DNA of 64,000 nt from positions 1,600,001 through 1,664,000 of the forward strand of contig OZ001293.3 of assembly GCA_963921275.4 (NCBI GenBank), written 5' to 3'. The notes below the pieces were generated by a model. It searched no databases and had not been told where the DNA came from. It saw only the letters and a program-made list of their open reading frames with translations. This document shows positions 52,445-63,653 of this stretch, piece by piece. A program made the translations under genes and the position numbers. Every line of letters begins with the position of its first letter. Position 1 is the stretch's first letter. This DNA is from an uncultured Hormoscilla sp. Lineage in GTDB: Bacteria; Cyanobacteriota; Cyanobacteriia; Cyanobacteriales; Desertifilaceae.

Positions 52445-53484
52445 TTAACAATCTCCAGGTTTATAAACTGCCCCCAAAGAACGAGCGCGATTAATTTCCA
52501 CTACTAAATCTACCAACTCGGGATTGCTAATCAGAGGTTTAACGAACAGTTCGGGATGGAGACTGCGCCAAAAATATTGCACGAATTCATCAATTATAGC
52601 ATCGGTCATTCCTGACTTGCCAGCCGCGATCGCTTCCCGTTCGGCCTGCTGGCGCCATTCCCTAGAGAGACGGTAATCAGTCGGGTACAGCACTAGCAAA
52701 CGGTCTAAATATTCCCAGAGGGGTAAATACTCCTGTAGCCTTTCATTCATGTCGCGGGCAAATTGGCGATCGCCTGCTGTAATAATAGGCGAAGGTGGAG
52801 AAGCGAAAGCCCCAGGGTCGATCGGCCTGACACCCACAAACCAACCTTCAAACAAGACAATATCAATATCTTGTCCAACTTCTGGTGCAGTGCGATCGCC
52901 CTCGCCTCCCCAAGCAGACTTATCAAAGCGAGGAATTTCCACCTGGCCTTTTGCGTCACGCAGCTGCTGCAAAACTGCCATTCCCAACTTAACATCATGG
53001 GTTCCCGGGGGACCGCGCCAGACCAGACAGGGGTCTTGTTGCTTCAACTGTTGGCGTTCGGCATAGGTTAAATACAAATCATCGATGGAAAGACTGAGGC
53101 TATTGTATCCCAGTTGCTGTAGAATTAACTTCAGCACAGATCCTAGGGTCGTTTTGCCAGTGCCCGTCCTCCCAAAATGCCCTGGACTAGGGGCCGATCG
53201 CTCTGTTGTCTGGCTGTTCCTAGCTGCATCCCTAAAGGTAACCACAGGTTCCAGAGAGTTGACAGCAGCAGATTTTCCGGGATCTGGGGACATAACCGCT
53301 GCACTTCGGGATATACTGAACGTAAAAGCTGCGATCGCCCTTTAACGATCGTACTCGCATTTGCTGGGGTAATGCCAAAGGCCCGGGCCCTGGACTCATC
53401 TGCGATCGCCTCTAGTCCCAGCACCTGCCAGTCCGCTAAATTTAATTGTTCTCCTGTTACCAACTGTATGAGAATATCTAACAT
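52445..53484 (-). pseudogene. D-glycerate 3-kinase-like P-loop kinase, frameshifted at the P-loop (about 53170)
   Basis: LVQGILGG / TGTGKTTL are in different frames; LSIDDLY, RGPPGTHDV, IPRFDKS, VLFEGWF. Confidence 0.85.
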
Positions 53485-53819
53485 CAGGAATTCAGCTTAA
53501 AAGCCTCAACGAACAAACCGTAAGTCAGACCAATTTTCAGCCCATTCAGCACCTCCGCCCATAAAATGCCCCTCAGTTGCTGCCCGCGACCGTAAATAAT
53601 CCTACTGGCCAACTCTGTTAATAGTACCATAATTGCGGCCACCACCATATCCTGCTCAGCCCTCTGTCCCGAGAAACTAGACACCACCGATGCCAGTAGG
53701 AAACCGAACAGCAAACTAATTACCAGCAAGGATAAGCGCCGCCAAGGATTGCGCAATCCTCTATTGAGCCGATCGCCCGCGTCATCTATAATTCTATTGA
53801 GGCGGGTATTCTGTGTCAT
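53484..53819 (-). CDS. DUF565 (Ycf20-like) membrane protein
   Basis: QNTRL..NPWRR..LKIGLTYGLFVEAFKL. Confidence 0.88.
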   Translation of the reverse strand: MTQNTRLNRIIDDAGDRLNRGLRNPWRRLSLLVISLLFGFLLASVVSSFSGQRAEQDMVVAAIMVLLTELASRIIYGRGQQLRGILWAEVLNGLKIGLTYGLFVEAFKLNS

Positions 53820-53866
53820 GCCAATTTATGGGTAGAATGAGAAACTAATGACTGGTAAAAACATTG

Positions 53867-55630
53867 ATGAACTATAGGTACTGGTTACAGCATTGGGAAA
53901 AACATCCACTAGTTGCTTGGACCCTGTCGATTTTCTGCTTATCTCTAGTAACTTGGCTGGCCTTTTTGCAGAATTTGGGCAGTATCGGTCTGATTGACGA
54001 GACCGAACCCCTATTTGCCGAAGCTGCCCGCCAGATGACAGTGACAGATGATTGGATCACTCCCCATTATAATGGTCGCGCTCGCTTTGATAAGCCCCCA
54101 TTAATCTACTGGCTAATAGCAATAGCATACAAAGTTATCGGTGTCAATGAATGGGCAGTGCGCTTGCCCTCGGCCCTGGCGGCGATCGCCCTTACAGGCT
54201 TTTGCTTCTACAGTTTAATAGTCATTAGTCAGTGGCAAAAGCAGGACCGGTTTCTGCCCCAGAAAGTCTGGTTATGGGCAGGGTTTGGTGCCACCATGAC
54301 CGTTTTCAATATCCATAGCATTGCTTGGGGAAGAAGCGGCGTCTCTGATATGCTACTCAGTGGCTGCATGGGGACGGCACTGCTAGCATTTTTTCTCGGC
54401 TACGCTGGAGGCAAACCCCAGGTAAAAAAGCGTTGGTATTTGACTTTTTACCTGCTGAGTGCCCTGGCAGTGCTGGCCAAGGGACCGGTAGGAATTGTGC
54501 TGCCAGTGCTGATTATCGCTAGCTTTCTACTTTACCTGGGTAAGGCTAAGGAAGTCTTGCGGGAAATGCAGCTGCGGCGCGGTCTGTTGATTTTTCTGGC
54601 GATCGCTCTACCTTGGTATATGATGGTAACTTGGGTGCATGGTTTAGATTATCTGGAATCTTTCTTTGGCTATCATAACCTAGAACGCTTTACCACTGTC
54701 GTGAATAAGCATTCAGCCCCTTGGTACTTTTACGTGATAGTGGTACTCGTCGGTTTTGCTCCCTGGTCCCTTTACTTGCCAGTGGCGATCAGGCAAACGA
54801 AATTCTGGCAGCGTCGATGGTGGCGTCATCAACCCCGCTGCTACCATCTGAGTCTGTTTGCCCTGTTCTGGTTTGCCTCAATATTCGGCTTCTTCACTAT
54901 CGCCGTCACCAAACTTCCCAGTTATGTATTGCCCTTAATGCCTGCTGCTGCTATCCTGGTATTACAGCTAGTGCGTCATCCATATGAGCCTTCTGGGAAA
55001 AACTACCCCATGTTGTTGAGCGCGATCGCCAATGTCCTGTTTGCCTGTGCTGTTGCTGGGGTGCTTCTCTATAGTCCTCGCTGGCTAGGAGAGGATCCTG
55101 CCATGCCCAACTTACCCCAAGCACTGCTGGAGTCGGGGTTAATTATCAGGGCCGTCTCGATCTTGATCTTAGCCGCCGCTGCTGCTACAATATTTATCCT
55201 GGCACGCAGAATAACTTGGCTTTGGGGAGTAAACCTCTTGGCTTTTATTGCTATAACGATTTTTGCGATCGCGCCACTATTTTCCCTGATCGACGGCCAG
55301 CGTCAGCTGCCCTTGCGGCAGTTAGCCCAGACAGTAGTCGAGGTAAGACGGCCAGCAGAAAAGTTGCTCATGATTGGCTTTGAAAAACCCAGTTTAGTAT
55401 TTTACACTGGGCAGCCTGTAAAATACTATCTGCAAGCTAGAAAAGCGGTCAGACGCATGAAACAAATGGCAATTATAGAACCCACCCCGGAGACAGTCTT
55501 GATTTTGGGCTACTCCAAAGAAATTGCGAAAATCGGATTGGGCGATCGCCAGGATCAGGATTTAGGTCAAGCTGGAGCTTATCAACTCCTGCGCGTATCC
55601 AAGCATAAATTGCTGAATTTGTCAAGGTAG
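53867..55630 (+). CDS. ArnT/PMT-type (GT-C) glycosyltransferase
   Basis: DETEPLFAEAARQM, RFDKPPLIYW, AVRLPSA, LAKGPVG, TKLPSYVLP. Confidence 0.9.
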   Translation: MNYRYWLQHWEKHPLVAWTLSIFCLSLVTWLAFLQNLGSIGLIDETEPLFAEAARQMTVTDDWITPHYNGRARFDKPPLIYWLIAIAYKVIGVNEWAVRLPSALAAIALTGFCFYSLIVISQWQKQDRFLPQKVWLWAGFGATMTVFNIHSIAWGRSGVSDMLLSGCMGTALLAFFLGYAGGKPQVKKRWYLTFYLLSALAVLAKGPVGIVLPVLIIASFLLYLGKAKEVLREMQLRRGLLIFLAIALPWYMMVTWVHGLDYLESFFGYHNLERFTTVVNKHSAPWYFYVIVVLVGFAPWSLYLPVAIRQTKFWQRRWWRHQPRCYHLSLFALFWFASIFGFFTIAVTKLPSYVLPLMPAAAILVLQLVRHPYEPSGKNYPMLLSAIANVLFACAVAGVLLYSPRWLGEDPAMPNLPQALLESGLIIRAVSILILAAAAATIFILARRITWLWGVNLLAFIAITIFAIAPLFSLIDGQRQLPLRQLAQTVVEVRRPAEKLLMIGFEKPSLVFYTGQPVKYYLQARKAVRRMKQMAIIEPTPETVLILGYSKEIAKIGLGDRQDQDLGQAGAYQLLRVSKHKLLNLSR

Positions 55631-55680
55631 TTGCGAGAAAAATTCACAATGATTAATTAGCAATGAAGGAGGAGAAAATT

Positions 55681-56070
55681 ATGACATTCCATAACCCGCC
55701 AACAGAGAAATAAGGTATCTATCTTTACGATCCGACCAGCATCAAAACAGGGGGACCAGCGCGGATATTTTCCCAGGTGGGAGAAGATGGAATCCGGCGT
55801 TATATTGTGGAAAAGATGCGGAAAAATTTTGTAGAGAAAGGTCATGTTTCAGAACCTTTAAGGCAGATGCTGGAAGGAATAGAGGAAATAGGTAAGAGTA
55901 TAAAACAGGGGTGGGGGAAAGTAACGACATTACTGGCAGATTGGGAATTCATCAATTCCGGGTGGCTGAACTTTGACCTGCCTCCGGGAGAGCAGTTCAA
56001 TACTAGCTATGCTGTAGATCGTGACAAGGGAGTCTCGGTCTACATCGGTGCTAGCAGGTGGCGAGAGTGA
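55681..56070 (+). pseudogene. Hypothetical gene remnant running into the satellite
   Basis: Strong RBS (GAAGGAGGAG) and ATG at 55681, in-frame TAA at codon 11; the 3' end overlaps the repeat leader. Confidence 0.4.
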
Positions 56071-56967
56071 GTAATAACCTCGCAGCTCCGGAGCCTGTCT
56101 ACACCGGTGCCAGCAGGTGGCGAGAGCGAGCCATAACCTCCCAGACTGCTCGCAGTAAGGTTACACCGTGCCAGCAGTAAGGTTACACGGTGTGAGCAGT
56201 AAGGTTACACCCTGCGAGCAGTAAGGTTACATCGTGTGAGCAGTAAGGTTACACCCTGCGAGCAGTAAGGTTACACTCTGCGAGCAATAAGGTTACACTC
56301 TGCGAGCAGTAAGGTTACACCGTGTGAGCAGTAAGGTTACACCCTGCGAGCAGTAAGGTTACACCCTGCGAGCAGTAAGGTTACACCGTGCCAGCAGTAA
56401 GGTTACATCGTGTGAGCAGTAAGGTTACACTCTGCGAGCAATAAGGTTACACTCTGCGAGCAATAAGGTTACACTCTGCGAGCAATAAGGTTACACTCTG
56501 CGAGCAGTAAGGTTACACCGTGTGAGCAGTAAGGTTACACCGTGTGAGCAGTAAGGTTACACCCTGCGAGCAGTAAGGTTACACTCTGCGAGCAGTAAGG
56601 TTACACTCTGCGAGCAGTAAGGTTACACTCTGCGAGCAGTAAGGTTACACTCTGCGAGCAGTAAGGTTACACTCTGCCAGCAGTAAGGTTACACCGTGCG
56701 AGCAGTAGGGTTACACCGTGCGAGCAGTAGGGTTACACCGTGCGAGCAGTAAGGTTACACCGTGCGAGCAGTAAGGTTACACCGTGCGAGCAGTAAGGTT
56801 ACACTCTGCGAGCAGTAAGGTTACACCGTGTGAGCAGTAAGGTTACACCGTGTGAGCAGTAAGGTTACACCGTGTGAGCAGTAAGGTTACACCGTGCCAG
56901 CAGTAAGGTTACAGACTGCGAGCCATAACCTCCCAGACTGCGAGCCATAACCTCCCAGCTTGCGAGC
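56028..56967 (+). repeat. 22-bp tandem satellite: 35 core units of (G/C)AGCA(G/A)TA(A/G)GGTTACA plus 6 partly variable nt, with leader and trailer modules
   Basis: GTAAGG recurs from 56155 to 56903 at an exact 22-bp period. In-register flanking units GAGCCATAACCTCCCAGACTGC occur on both sides. Confidence 0.95.
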
Positions 56968-57031
56968 AAGTTAAAAACCTACCTTTGTAAGCAATACGCC
57001 CCCCGGACGGGCGAGACGCCCGTCCTACGAA

Positions 57032-59665
57032 CTAACCAGCTGCGGCCATCTGAATTACCTGCAACAATGTAGAAGATGCTAGCAGAGAACCAGTTGGGAC
57101 TAGACAGGGAAATACTGAAAGACCCTTGACTTGATTAGCAGCCTGAGTAGTTGACTGACTTACTGTTACTAAAGGCAGAGAAGCAAGCGTTTCGTTCTCG
57201 CTTAACTCCTGCAACAAAGCCAGAGGGTTTAATAATCCAGTATCGTTGAGTAGGATGACATCAGGCTTCCAGATTTTTGCCAATAGTGAAGCCTGATCCA
57301 GATCCGAAGCTTCGATAATTCTGTGCTCCGGCGTGGAGTTTGACCCCCAGTTAAACAGGCTGCAACAACCCGTATTTACAGCATCATCACTTAAGCAGAG
57401 AATTGTCAACTGCCGATACTCAGTTTCTGGTAGCGGGGCAGGTTGTCCCATCAGACGAGATAGCTGCTTATGCAATACCTGGCTTTCTACAGGCAGGCTC
57501 AAAACATCATCAACTATGATATCATCCAGGTTAGCTGTGCTGGCGCTGGCGATCGCGATCGCCCTCATATGGCAAGTTGCTCTCTCAGATTTAAGTTGCT
57601 TGAGTACCTCTGCCCCCGATAGCAGGGGGTTCGTCACATTCAGGAATATCACACTCGGTTGCATGCACCGAGCTTTCTGCAGGGCTTCCGCCTGAGAACG
57701 GGCAACCAGGCAGTAGTAGCCTAACTCCCGCAGTTGCTCTGTCAAAGAAGAAATTAACTCCGGGTTTGTCTCTAGGATTAAGATTAAGGAACTCCTGGTC
57801 ATTGGGAATTCTACCCTAGATGCCAGATCGCCTGCTGCGGGTAACAGCAGAGTAAACTCGCTACCTTTGCCTTCTGTAGAAATAAAAGTAACTTCGCCAC
57901 CATGTAGTTGCGCCAGACCTTGAGTTAAAACCAGTCCCAAACCCGTGCCAGCACTGCTTTGAGTGAGGGGATTGTCTAGTTTTGATAATTTTTGCAAGAT
58001 TAACTGCTGCGAAAGAGCCTGAATACCCACACCTGTATCCCACACCGTAAAGCCAATCCAATTATTACTCCAGTTGCTGACTCGTAAGCCAATTTCACCT
58101 GTGGTATCTGTAAACTTGAGAGCGTTCTCCAGCAGGTTAAGCAGCATCTGTTCCAGACGCAACTCGTCAGCCATGATCGCCTCTAAATTGGGTGCGATTT
58201 CCAGGGTAAAACGCCGATCCCCCCCCACCTCGGAAAGTGACTGCTGTACATGCTCTTTGGCACCCTGGCAAACTTTGGCGATATCAACATAGTCAGGTTT
58301 CAGCAATAGTTGCCCAGTTTCTAGGCGACTCAAATCCACTAAATTGTTGACTATCTTCATCAGCTGACGCCCGCTTTCACGGATCAGTCCGGCGTACTGG
58401 GCTTGCCGTTGAATTAATGGGTGTTGCCCATTCAACAGCAGACTGGACAAACCGAGAATTGCAGTGATCGGCGTCTTGAGTTCGTGACTGATGCTGAGTA
58501 AAAATTCATCTTTGCGGACCTGCTCCATCTCGGCATTTTCAGCCTCCATTTTCTGTGCTTCTGACTGTGGTGACCTAACAGTCGTCGCCAGCACTAGCCA
58601 CAGGGGTTCTAGACCACGAGATGAGACTTTACATGTTCTGCCTTGACTCGTGACTGCTCTATTATACTCGTCACCGCTCGCCCCTACCCTTGTCAGCACC
58701 GGGCTACAAACCGCTTGCTCCCATGAAGCTGCATGTATGCTACATAAACTGGCTAACTCTGGGTAGGAGTAAGGGATATTGTCCAGAGGAATTTTCACGA
58801 ACTGCCATGACCCCACTGTTTCTTCTAGGACTGGGTCAAATTCCATACTCACCGGGCAACACAGAGGTGAAAACAAGGCGGTAGCTGTCTGTGCTAGACT
58901 TATCTGGGCCGCATAGGACGGGGGAGTTAACTTCTGTGATGCAGTTTCTAGTCCGATCCAGTCTCGATCGGGAATTGCTCCGACCACCAAGCTACGCCAT
59001 GCCATATTTTCGCTCAAGACTTCCCCTGTATTGCTTTGCAGCCTCAGGGGCATAGGTAAAATCTCCAACAGTTCCACCAGAGAATTGGCGCTAGATGTTG
59101 GCTCTGGCCGCAAGAGTCTGATACCCGGATTCTGGTATAATATATTTGACCCTGCTGTCGGGGTCGGTGCTGGACATTCCTGGTCTTTACTGACTAGGTA
59201 TTTCAACAGGCTGTGATAATCGAGCAGTCCTAAGAACTCTCCATCTGGCTTTACCAAGGCTACCGGACCAGTGCCAGTTTGGATTCGCTGGTAGTCCCGA
59301 CAGAATTCCGACCAGCTCAGGTCAGCCGGTATGGTCGCGATCGCTTCCACGATCGGGGTTTGCCATAGGGGCCGCTGCCAATCTAGTGCCTTTCCCATCA
59401 GGTAGGGCATGAACTTGGAGAGATTTACCAATCCCACTGGTTGCCGGTGGTCATTGACTACTATGATGCGTTCCCAATCCCCCTGACCAAATATCCTCGT
59501 GACTTCTGCGGCGGCAGCAGTCTGGAGGCAGACGGGAACTGGAGTGATAAAGTCGGGCAGTAGAGGGGTGCTATTCATTGACATGGCCTGACAGCGTTCG
59601 CTAGCTAATTGCTTGCCTAGCCGTAGCGAGTCGAACCGGGGATCGCCCAGAGGCAAACGCTTCAA
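57032..59665 (-). CDS. Hybrid histidine kinase (CBS-like N-terminus, HisKA/HATPase, degenerate receiver domains), divergent from kaiABC
   Basis: ISHELKTP, NLLENALKFT, VWDTGVGI, GTGLGL. The receiver-like regions have Asn where the phospho-Asp is expected. Confidence 0.9.
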   Translation of the reverse strand: MKRLPLGDPRFDSLRLGKQLASERCQAMSMNSTPLLPDFITPVPVCLQTAAAAEVTRIFGQGDWERIIVVNDHRQPVGLVNLSKFMPYLMGKALDWQRPLWQTPIVEAIATIPADLSWSEFCRDYQRIQTGTGPVALVKPDGEFLGLLDYHSLLKYLVSKDQECPAPTPTAGSNILYQNPGIRLLRPEPTSSANSLVELLEILPMPLRLQSNTGEVLSENMAWRSLVVGAIPDRDWIGLETASQKLTPPSYAAQISLAQTATALFSPLCCPVSMEFDPVLEETVGSWQFVKIPLDNIPYSYPELASLCSIHAASWEQAVCSPVLTRVGASGDEYNRAVTSQGRTCKVSSRGLEPLWLVLATTVRSPQSEAQKMEAENAEMEQVRKDEFLLSISHELKTPITAILGLSSLLLNGQHPLIQRQAQYAGLIRESGRQLMKIVNNLVDLSRLETGQLLLKPDYVDIAKVCQGAKEHVQQSLSEVGGDRRFTLEIAPNLEAIMADELRLEQMLLNLLENALKFTDTTGEIGLRVSNWSNNWIGFTVWDTGVGIQALSQQLILQKLSKLDNPLTQSSAGTGLGLVLTQGLAQLHGGEVTFISTEGKGSEFTLLLPAAGDLASRVEFPMTRSSLILILETNPELISSLTEQLRELGYYCLVARSQAEALQKARCMQPSVIFLNVTNPLLSGAEVLKQLKSERATCHMRAIAIASASTANLDDIIVDDVLSLPVESQVLHKQLSRLMGQPAPLPETEYRQLTILCLSDDAVNTGCCSLFNWGSNSTPEHRIIEASDLDQASLLAKIWKPDVILLNDTGLLNPLALLQELSENETLASLPLVTVSQSTTQAANQVKGLSVFPCLVPTGSLLASSTLLQVIQMAAAG

Positions 59666-59989
59666 GGGGTAGGCTACATATCAATTATGGATCTGGAGAC
59701 GCACCAACAGATACCATGTCATGATAATTTGTTACAATTATTGTTTAAATACTTAAAATAATGTAAAGTAACCTAAGTTGCTACCTATAGAAACTTAACA
59801 CCAAAATTAGCCAAAATCGGCGAAAATCGCCTTATAATTTACCCCCAAATGGCATTTTTGCGGATATATTTACCAAAAATGGCTGTTTGAGAGGTATAAT
59901 TTTTTATAGGTAGCAACTTGAGTTAAAGTATTATTAAGAAAACTCCCATAAACGGGGTTTTTCTGGTCCACGCAGCAACTGACGCAAAG

Positions 59990-60916
59990 GTGTCCCATAC
60001 GGTCTCACGTTCTCCCCTGTCAATCTGTACTTTCCTCCGCTCTGAGGCCCTGGAGCGGTCGGTGCTCCAATGCTTGAGTGCCGATCGCTATCAGGTCATC
60101 CCGATCGCGGCAGAGCTGGAATTTTTCCGCGTGCTGTCCCAGTCCAAGCAGCAGATCGATTGCCTGATTTTGCAAGAGGTGCCGGAGTTGCCTCAAGTTG
60201 TCCATCAGCTGAGTCAACTGCGTACCTTGCTACCAATAGTGGTGATCTCCCGCTCGCCAGCATCAAATTCTGCTAGGCATGCCACTGGCGCGACCGCTCG
60301 CTTGGGAGCAACTGACGATCGCTCAGAGACACCAGGATTATATGATAGTTACTATAGGACTGCCATCCGAGTGTCGGTAGCTGAACTGGAACAGATTCCT
60401 GATGCGATCGAACTGGCGATCGCCGAATTTCTCAAGCTCTCTGCTCTTGGTGTTGACTTGTCCGATAGTAAATATTCCTTAGATGCTCTGACTACCCAGA
60501 GCTTGTTAACAGTTCAGCAGCGGCGTCTAGCCCAGAAGCTGAAGGAGCGACTAGGATATCTAGGCGTGTATTACAAAAGAGACCCCAAAAACTTCTTCCG
60601 CTATCTGCCACTGGCACAAAAACGGGAGTTGCTAGGGAACCTGAAAGCGGATTATAGAGAAATTATCTTAAGTTATTTTGATAATGATAATAGTCTGAAT
60701 CAAACAATTGATGAATTTGTTAACCTCTGTTTTTTTACCGATATTTCTGTTTCTCAAATTGTGGAAATTCACATGAATTTAATGGATGAATTTTCTAAAC
60801 AATTACAACTGGAAAATCGCAGTGAAGATATATTACTTGACTATCGCCTGACCTTAATTGATATCATAGCTCATTTATGTGAAATGTATAGGAGATCGAT
60901 TCCCAGAGAATCATAA
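59990..60916 (+). CDS. kaiA: Circadian clock protein KaiA
   Basis: KLKERLGYLGVYYKR..ILLDYRLTLIDIIAHLCEMYRRSIPRES. Confidence 0.97.
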   Translation: MSHTVSRSPLSICTFLRSEALERSVLQCLSADRYQVIPIAAELEFFRVLSQSKQQIDCLILQEVPELPQVVHQLSQLRTLLPIVVISRSPASNSARHATGATARLGATDDRSETPGLYDSYYRTAIRVSVAELEQIPDAIELAIAEFLKLSALGVDLSDSKYSLDALTTQSLLTVQQRRLAQKLKERLGYLGVYYKRDPKNFFRYLPLAQKRELLGNLKADYREIILSYFDNDNSLNQTIDEFVNLCFFTDISVSQIVEIHMNLMDEFSKQLQLENRSEDILLDYRLTLIDIIAHLCEMYRRSIPRES

Positions 60917-60979
60917 TTAAGGAGTGATTAGTTGGGCAATAAATGAATATAAAGGAAAAAGGAGAAAGGAAAAAAGATT

Positions 60980-61294
60980 ATGAGCCCGCTAAAAAAAACA
61001 TACATTCTCAAGCTGTACGTGGCGGGAAATACTCCCAACTCGGTACGGGCGTTGAAAACGCTGAATGATGTCCTGGAACAGGAGTTTCAAGGGGTATACG
61101 CCCTGAAGGTGATTGATGTGCTGAAAAACCCCCAACTGGCGGAAGAAGATAAGATATTAGCTACGCCAACCCTGGCGAAAATCTTACCACCACCGGTGCG
61201 GAAGATAATCGGCGATCTATCAGACCGAGAAAAGGTGCTGATTGGACTAGATCTGTTGTATGATGAACTACGAGAGGATGAGCGCAACAGTTGA
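60980..61294 (+). CDS. kaiB: Circadian clock protein KaiB
   Basis: [44 protein letters not shown]. Confidence 0.98.
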   Translation: MSPLKKTYILKLYVAGNTPNSVRALKTLNDVLEQEFQGVYALKVIDVLKNPQLAEEDKILATPTLAKILPPPVRKIIGDLSDREKVLIGLDLLYDELREDERNS

Positions 61295-61386
61295 ATTATA
61301 ATAGAGAAAAATTAACCAAATGCAGCGGCCCAGGTAAAAATTGACAAAAATTATCTACCTGTGGACAAGGAGAATGACAAAAAGGA

Positions 61387-62940
61387 ATGAATAAAGTTAA
61401 TAAAAATCAACAGCAAGAAGAAGAGGTTCTGACTGGGGTAAAAAAGATTCGCACCCTGATAGAGGGCTTCGATGATATCAGTCATTCCGGTCTGCCAGTG
61501 GGTAGAAGCACCCTAGTCAGCGGCACATCTGGTACTGGGAAGACTTTATTGGCAGTTCAGTTTATCTATAATGGCATCATCCATTTTCAGGAACCGGGGG
61601 TGTTTGTCACTTTTGAAGAGTCCCCCTCGGACATTATTAGAAATGCTCAAAGTTTTAATTGGGATTTGCAACGGTTAATCGATGAGGGAAAGTTGTTCAT
61701 TCTGGATGCTTCCCCGGATCCAGAAGGACAGGATATCGTCGGTAATTTTGACCTGTCGGCCCTGATCGAACGCTTGCAATACGCGATTAGAAAATATAAG
61801 GCGAAGCGGGTGTCGATCGACTCGGTGACGGCTGTGTTTCAGCAGTATGACGCGGCATCGGTAGTGCGCCGGGAAATATTTCGCCTGGTGGCACGCCTGA
61901 AACAAGTAGGGGTGACTACCATCATGACTACAGAACGGGAGGGGGAGTATGGACCAGTCGCCAGGTTTGGGGTGGAGGAGTTTGTCTCAGATAATGTGGT
62001 GATAGTCCGGAATGTGTTGGAAGGGGAACGCCGACGCCGGACGATCGAGATCTTGAAGTTGCGGGGTACGACTCATATGAAAGGGGAGTACCCCTTTACC
62101 ATTACCAATGATGGCATAAATATTTTCCCACTGGGGGCCATGCGACTCACTCAACGATCTTCCAATATTCGGGTTTCCTCTGGGGTGAAAACTTTGGACG
62201 AAATGTGTGGCGGCGGTTTCTTCAAGGATTCCATTATTCTGGCCACGGGGGCGACGGGTACGGGTAAGACTTTGTTGGTGAGCAAGTTCTTACAAGATGG
62301 CTGTACCAGGGGCGATCGGGTAATCCTGTTTGCCTACGAAGAATCCCGGGCCCAACTGTTCCGCAATGCTTCTTCCTGGGGGATAGATTTTGAAGATCTA
62401 GAACGCCAAGGATTGTTAAAACTCTTCTGCGCCTACCCGGAATCAGCAGGGTTGGAAGACCACCTCCAGATGATTAAATCGGAGATTACTGAGTTTAAAC
62501 CCTCTCGCATCGCGATCGACTCTCTATCAGCTTTAGCTAGGGGAGTAAGTAACAATGCCTTTCGCCAGTTTGTAATTGGCGTCACCGGGTATGCCAAGCA
62601 GGAGGAAATTACAGGCTTTTTCACCAATACCACCGACCAGTTCATGGGGTCTCATTCGATTACTGATTCCCACATTTCCACGATCACGGATACAATTTTG
62701 ATGTTGCAGTACGTGGAAATCAGAGGTGAAATGTCCCGTGCCATCAACGTATTCAAAATGCGGGGTTCCTGGCACGATAAAGGCATCCGCGAGTATACCA
62801 TCAGCGCCCACGGTGCGGAAATTAAAGATTCCTTCCGCAACTATGAAGGGATTATCAGTGGTTCTCCTTCTAAGATATCTGTGGACGAAAGGGGCGAACT
62901 TGCCCGCATTGTCAGAGGGGTGCAGCAGAAAATAGATTAA
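61387..62940 (+). CDS. kaiC: Circadian clock protein KaiC
   Basis: Two RecA-type domains (GTSGTGKT, GATGTGKT) and the DSHISTITD phosphorylation motif. Confidence 0.98.
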   Translation: MNKVNKNQQQEEEVLTGVKKIRTLIEGFDDISHSGLPVGRSTLVSGTSGTGKTLLAVQFIYNGIIHFQEPGVFVTFEESPSDIIRNAQSFNWDLQRLIDEGKLFILDASPDPEGQDIVGNFDLSALIERLQYAIRKYKAKRVSIDSVTAVFQQYDAASVVRREIFRLVARLKQVGVTTIMTTEREGEYGPVARFGVEEFVSDNVVIVRNVLEGERRRRTIEILKLRGTTHMKGEYPFTITNDGINIFPLGAMRLTQRSSNIRVSSGVKTLDEMCGGGFFKDSIILATGATGTGKTLLVSKFLQDGCTRGDRVILFAYEESRAQLFRNASSWGIDFEDLERQGLLKLFCAYPESAGLEDHLQMIKSEITEFKPSRIAIDSLSALARGVSNNAFRQFVIGVTGYAKQEEITGFFTNTTDQFMGSHSITDSHISTITDTILMLQYVEIRGEMSRAINVFKMRGSWHDKGIREYTISAHGAEIKDSFRNYEGIISGSPSKISVDERGELARIVRGVQQKID

Positions 62941-62983
62941 TAAGTGTTAAAGCGTAGTAAGCGCTTACTACAAACGGATATTA

Positions 62984-63653
62984 TCAGCTTAAAAGAGTCA
63001 AAATACCCTCGTACATCTCAATTACCTTGTCTTCACCACCATCAGCAACAATATGGGCAAAAGCGGGGGATGAATTTGCCTCAATCAGCCACCATTGGTT
63101 ATTCTCATCAATAGCAATATCTAAACCACAAAATAAAATCATCTTTTTGACAAAAATTGGCGCACAAAATTGTTTTATTTGGGCTAATAATGTCCCATCC
63201 TCGATTAAAATTGCCTTGGCCCCCTCCCAATGTAACGGACTTAAATTTCCCTGGAACTTGGCCCCGCGTATACTCTTTTCATAAGCAAAAGATAATTCAC
63301 CATTAACATAAACTGCCCGGTGCTCTGTTCTGATGCGCAGATAGTCTTGCGCTATGGCTATTTGATCGAAGTCTTTACTGTTGATATTAAATATTGCCTT
63401 GATCGCCTCATTCAGTTCTGATTTACTATTTACTTTAAAAACATTCGTACCGGTTGTGCCGCTATTTTTCTTAACTATCAAAGGGTATTGAAACTTCTCT
63501 TGCCTCTAATATTTTCTCTAGGTCTTTTTCTTTTAGATACCGGGCAGATTTCGGATTACAGTCGGGGTTCAGAAATCCTTTGGTACGAGGCATATTGATT
63601 ACATCCTTGAAAAAGGTGTAAAAGTAATCTTTATCTTTACATAATTTAGACAC
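62984..63653 (-). pseudogene. RimK-like ATP-grasp protein, frameshifted and 5'-truncated
   Basis: MPRTKGFL.. / IVKKNSGTTGTNVF..IAQDYL..EHR..GLDIAID..LIEANSSP. Confidence 0.75.

Noticed and set aside
56150..56920. CRISPR array
   Set aside because: Units are contiguous 22-mers with only about 6 variable, recurring bases; there are no unique spacers and no cas genes.
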